A DNA stretch of 64,000 nt from Candidatus Omnitrophota bacterium (GTDB lineage: Bacteria; Omnitrophota; Omnitrophia; Omnitrophales; JACROU01): contig JAJDCD010000010.1 in the NCBI GenBank assembly GCA_029261035.1, forward strand, positions 14,612 to 78,611, written 5' to 3'. The notes under the pieces were generated by a model. It was given only the letters and a program-made list of their open reading frames with translations. It was not told where the DNA came from and did not search any database. This document shows, in pieces, positions 62,501 through 64,000 of this stretch. Numbering within the stretch: the stretch's first letter is position 1; each line of letters starts with the position of its first letter. Made by a program: the position numbers and the translations under genes.

Positions 62501-64000
62501 GAAACAAGTCCTGCATCCAAAGTTTCTTTAAAACGTTTACGATCATCCGAAGTGGGTACTGCTTGCAACAACAAACTACTTAAAGCTAAGTTGTATCTAT
62601 TTTTCTCACCACTCGAAAGTGCAGGTGCATTCAAACGAATATTATCAATCACTCCGTCTACATCTTTAAACTTAAGACGAGTAGGATCATTCCACCATTG
62701 TTTTGCTTTTAAGAGAGGCGACGCTAAGAGTTGGCTTATTTTCTTTGTTCCTCGATTAAAACGTGTAAGCACAACGCTTTCTTCTTGGTAGTCTCTAAAT
62801 TGTTTTGTTAATTTTTGACGACCCGGTTTTTTCCATATATTTGGTACAACGTTAAAACCAAAGCTTAATATCCAACGAGCGGGCGTTAAAATAAAAGCCC
62901 CTGTTTTCCAAACCCCATTCACTATTTTCTGGCCCATAAAACGAAGTAAACGCTTTTCTTCTCGAGCTTGCCGTAGAGCATCCACAGCATTTCTCGCTAA
63001 TTTGCTCAATACATGCCAAGTGCTGTACGGAATAAAACTTGCTGTTAAAATAAATCCCTTAGCACCCCATCTCCAAATACGGTCTTCAATAATATCGCCA
63101 AAAGAATCTCTTCCCAAACGAGGTATCTTTGCATACTTCGATTCTAGATTGAGATAATCATTTAATTTTTGATTCCAAGCAGTTAATCCAAGAGTTTCTC
63201 CCCACACTTCCTTAAAACTCTGCCAATCGGTAATACGGCCTTTAGTTTTTAGTTTCAATAATTGTCGATCTAACTTATCGATTTTATCTTTATTGTTCAT
63301 GGCTTGATAACGAGCTTTTTCTAATGCATCAAAGGCATTAAATTTTCTTTCAAGAAGAGCTCTTGTTTCTGTTTGGTACACAGGCATATTCTGATACAAC
63401 GCTCTTGCGATTTGAGCGTTGGAGTCTTCATGATGAAGTGCAAAGTTAATTTCTGCAGAATTTAAACGAACCTTAAGGTCGTCCACATTCAATTGATTTA
63501 CAGCACGCAATGATTCTCCAACGGTAATAAGCTTAGCTAAAATCTTAAGGTCATCCCCTTCTTTCTTTTCATCCATATCCTGAGTAGAAATAATCCCACT
63601 TGAAATGAGCGCAAAGACAAGTTGAACAACATCTTGATCATCTGGAGCACCAGGAGCACCCTGATATTGATAATCAGAACCAGCGGATTGAAGTAATAAG
63701 TTCAAGGCTTCTTGAACCTCTTGACTGTGAGCATCTTTCTTATCAAAGACACGACGCACTTCTTTTATAAGCTCAACGACACGCACACCATCTTGAACGA
63801 GGTCTGCTTTGTCCAAACCACGGTTATAATCTACAAGACCTAAGTTTCTTAACTCGGTATCGATCGTGGCCTTAGCTTCTTGAGTAAAACCATCCTTCGC
63901 ATTTAACTGATCCAATGTTTGCTGCATTTGCGCACGAGCTTCTGGGTTTGCTCCCATCAAGGAAACTTCCGGAAGGTCATTCATCTCTGTGCGTTGATTT
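53566..64000 (-). CDS. Second giant protein, C-terminal part (>3,470 aa; start lies beyond the window), with TPR-like helices and two HExxH motifs
   Basis: Frame stays open from 63984 to the window end. HELNH (57172-57186), HEATH (54610-54624), TPR-like FDDAIDLDP / FEEAVRLDE / LEEAQELDP; C-terminus similar to the first giant. Confidence 0.92.
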   Translation of the reverse strand, partial: NQRTEMNDLPEVSLMGANPEARAQMQQTLDQLNAKDGFTQEAKATIDTELRNLGLVDYNRGLDKADLVQDGVRVVELIKEVRRVFDKKDAHSQEVQEALNLLLQSAGSDYQYQGAPGAPDDQDVVQLVFALISSGIISTQDMDEKKEGDDLKILAKLITVGESLRAVNQLNVDDLKVRLNSAEINFALHHEDSNAQIARALYQNMPVYQTETRALLERKFNAFDALEKARYQAMNNKDKIDKLDRQLLKLKTKGRITDWQSFKEVWGETLGLTAWNQKLNDYLNLESKYAKIPRLGRDSFGDIIEDRIWRWGAKGFILTASFIPYSTWHVLSKLARNAVDALRQAREEKRLLRFMGQKIVNGVWKTGAFILTPARWILSFGFNVVPNIWKKPGRQKLTKQFRDYQEESVVLTRFNRGTKKISQLLASPLLKAKQWWNDPTRLKFKDVDGVIDNIRLNAPALSSGEKNRYNLALSSLLLQAVPTSDDRKRFKETLDAGLVSGTAKLKVLAGWQQFHTYLKRNNLLREYELQTQNAEGRLEALWRMAEGDSSLWKSLTKWPRLIVNRMLSFIPISFAYLESWTEDTVFDKSLTRSDSASFIYRLGVVSENEVLRTLKSSLQKIEDAPTRIALMDAVAAYLQGKPNQKALNELHAKLLIAARRSTEKADKTPKITVKQDKKEGGYLYRPAIFGLREGSVIGEATASAKQIWKKWKNTTRFGAGLGAVLSGATTLINPMTYMARRLAEGTDVTIAGQKMRFELDKETGNVLLKTEVVTATDVVVNEKRKVEVNTPNPVKETVEFDINAEGDLTFEGNKIKDGEKVTIDGLEYLVTLVSGTPQSGYGVDVANLRTKEIILTLQDEGRSRIDTTQKKIELELPAYVTAVKNKNKKDQAKNSFIRTLARVDQRSAAVFQLHKWINEEYKAKLKQMGVREQEHTLDKYLETYFAKKYPKHQLLSIRFVEEMKKRLNNQGFDLDALNINIYGLIDSRLDQEQLNRLESFEEWMQGLELEGATEYKELKINQAIVLDQLSNDVDATVSKVQGMMEENFLDTVDGLITAVLNLSGSKSSDLSPRESERVRKINDLFNLDETRKEEKEKLYQRYKEIEALIQVFGLQTQVRFLDVMDAILLNDYSVFTQMANRVGIELVSGESVTLNNILQQLHQEALVRGRDLKQERLTAGVLEMKRRVDVMKAKAEYLLDSAELTDNEEESLNLRKEAYLTYEKATQRLVTAIKLLETEKELKGLNRTFMAQLKALQGLLYLGKYRAVPDSAEFDLKQARIFFDDAIDLDPKYLAILDKELALTRELTGGKLQSKLQATSSTDDNLIFAFDGSEKGKHNQQVLLGDPDLKFIWDKYRRINTQYTEEANAKAINLNISVRDERSMRKALTELLMKEIEVDGEKQQVRKASGDLSKKDKMNLIKIQEAILLAFNEGYAFQGLRQYRSQFESSRITDVMDGLNSLLQLKDADYDKEINENFLDVLERKGIVSQFELLLVATKVGEGRDTSSITGEGRKRKVRVFSHYLERLAYLKKAFGEDFVNEVLVSSMEGDIAEEVLGHSRPGQDLTLFDALGKLEKDAKDSDRVVVGKRIAENDTLEEAMILDWMTILKKEARLQSEADAAKKAVLQSQIQNLKAAYDRRFLSGATDEVKTLIQEIKSTDYQILDTAIQFVKRNRVLLGFGFDKTYIRNLKLKLKAMGKDEWIDWKETFAHYTRSKAGKQGVARNNAGAIAFEIVNKRNFGGDMDMNSVHKLINKLLDEEYYQFHFVDRASSLMSAKTAIFDQLLQSRVRENPITAAELGNLIRLINNDEFIETSQEIREKIRRGEATSRQLRLFEIMAALEGVEEKQEKLQILKDAENAAVVIEENPAAFDVNVKLVRAKANELGLDLERSDDLIEAAVNSLRGFDWLGQLINRIQSKPRTLRDEILDEVVTIVQSFNRYRTQFNEKTANSINVLASEARTQQRREAYIQQQATRKPGEILDEAELVEQFKETVNEADIHRMLVMTELRGSLGGIQEVNLSELTQQEKDFFEAKTAATEEEPSFWRERIAKGGDYYYFVSDAQGNVQAKVLRRAQLFYLAEMQEAGSTGDSLFTGGLKQSLGNFLKSSVRIDREAQPEMYEKLVYTQLYIGDQWEFGVEAALGFFVNKRELDGDEGRFGYRDLASNVTIQELASRLNEDKDAKLKEMLQKIATIERVKDTSLTYDQSIQKAKEIVAEKIIDGSKMVMDLFAANDGYGFISFSDALSDEMNVNENKGMMNKLKMARKNIVHELNHAHYFTNLTEEERTEIDELVKELNGYEEAKKQLIQSGYTEKQVVEELLAYVSQNTIDNDPSVVTKGESLIAKALRTDEDQKAVRDIFDRFGFTVIADLVRDTVTVAGWPGQDFSPELLEARLETKRNLQRLEDQIKQQYQVDEAAARDLFNDWKQQAEAANRVQVPETMEALIALRNIEEARALVLTAQELQSQKKKQNESIETYQKAHSLFEEAVRLDESQKEDIQTEWVQVNLTLARMASKQGNETLAQDAYSRIQTIDPSFADTMIQKLDQKLRQPEKDKMKSDPRFAQLGAMADQFIDMQVDQMSIRDLIAGSEGSIVDGINEQIEEATKINSNLSEGESSAFIRDWFSALAMKARNQKNQTNRIRMMKRNRIEKQAQDYYSQAKAFDSKEALPGSLDQFVALELAQTAVNSFNQMIQSDNVSLEELNKHMEVLEEAQELDPELNQSELADSIKEMYLARIELSITATKTKEIAKRVDADYEQAIHFDRKGVLPPALSRYFVDIARNETVKTLMLERAGGNEEQIQKMTQAAQVGFTKAQWVNEEVTPEAVEEIVNMATQTADAMVQHITDANMHAKNGDWEDAVDEIQSAQNRFEEGLKFWLKEVKKPDVNTVVAWYVDAAKQIQSGAAALVAQNQKETIVEGVEDYEEASKLIEAALDFIPGFQDDEIDVLRSKIYTVLAETYERLRDEFAEDEIERTEWDAQASIYRGQAEEYEAEADSLGQQVLFESKESSLLDSISMVSAQSLGAAQADRLQVVPEYLEVLGEALGLGIQLDSRFKTAIEKVNRIVVGNPLDDSLFQGGIVAYARLSDRTIVVSETRIQQIRDLEGVARDRAFAELVATLVHEATHIDNIDNVSFKELSQNLDVFRQIALDESFAYQSQYRVMKAIDIRRRASGLDPIFSNREKEVVKELAEEIPANNFENASALFAVRGLVAENVADLQRSIQRLGGHVQSPWIAYNQAQTQLETLNLASLAALLNEMKNIETGRSVDAVNARQIPGLDIQGVVVVDSDYASSVTDIGVLLDRISPDTDTVHILHVSPEVKEQAMAQFANTELGQLFEPQAETLRAAVQLESEKDVTQTVAGLVEDGAKPSNIIYVSKEEISPKVVTLLYNGENEPRMSQANRQLVHKFMLEAGRFVSRNGGLSSIKSFAQQYPVDMQVSEGYVVMDYNSIVALAEYLLERLRAKQAVQIAA

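Noticed and set aside
4637-62791. Numerous 60-110 aa ORFs, mostly on the plus strand, overlapping the giant genes
   Set aside because: Antisense or out-of-frame shadows of long coding regions; Ser/Phe/Leu-rich with no recognisable motifs.
63982-63984. ATG at 63984 as the start of the second giant gene
   Set aside because: The frame is open to the window end and there is no signal peptide or clear RBS; the true start is probably outside the window.

Overview
AT-rich bacterial window dominated by two co-oriented minus-strand giant genes: a complete 48.6 kb ORF (16,198 aa, 4274-52870) and the 3' end of a second (>3,470 aa, open past the window edge). They lie upstream of clpB, a class I methyltransferase and a DUF423 membrane protein gene. 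The style of the giant proteins resembles those reported from Omnitrophota-like bacteria; this taxonomy is inferred, not shown. Read by eye, the 16,198-aa protein has these parts in order: signal peptide; TIKI/TraB/EreA/ChaN-like N-terminal domain (possible protease); degenerate HATPase; ~6,000 aa acidic coiled-coil; TM bundle; circularly permuted beta-1,2-glucanase-like (DUF3131/Glycoamylase) domain; six TolC-type OEP repeats (one trimer's worth in a single chain); TM helices; Cgs/OpgH-like GT-A glucosyltransferase with a large insertion; TM bundle; and a C-terminal domain shared with the second giant. A recurrent [AG]xSLG motif marks several domain junctions in both giants, and both end in V-x-x-A-A. 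Together this suggests a single-gene glucan synthesis/processing/export machine, possibly made as a processed polyprotein. Intergenic DNA holds two families of GC-rich palindromes, a four-hairpin 3' UTR and a pair of perfect DnaA boxes. All domain calls are manual motif recognition with approximate boundaries; no searches were run.
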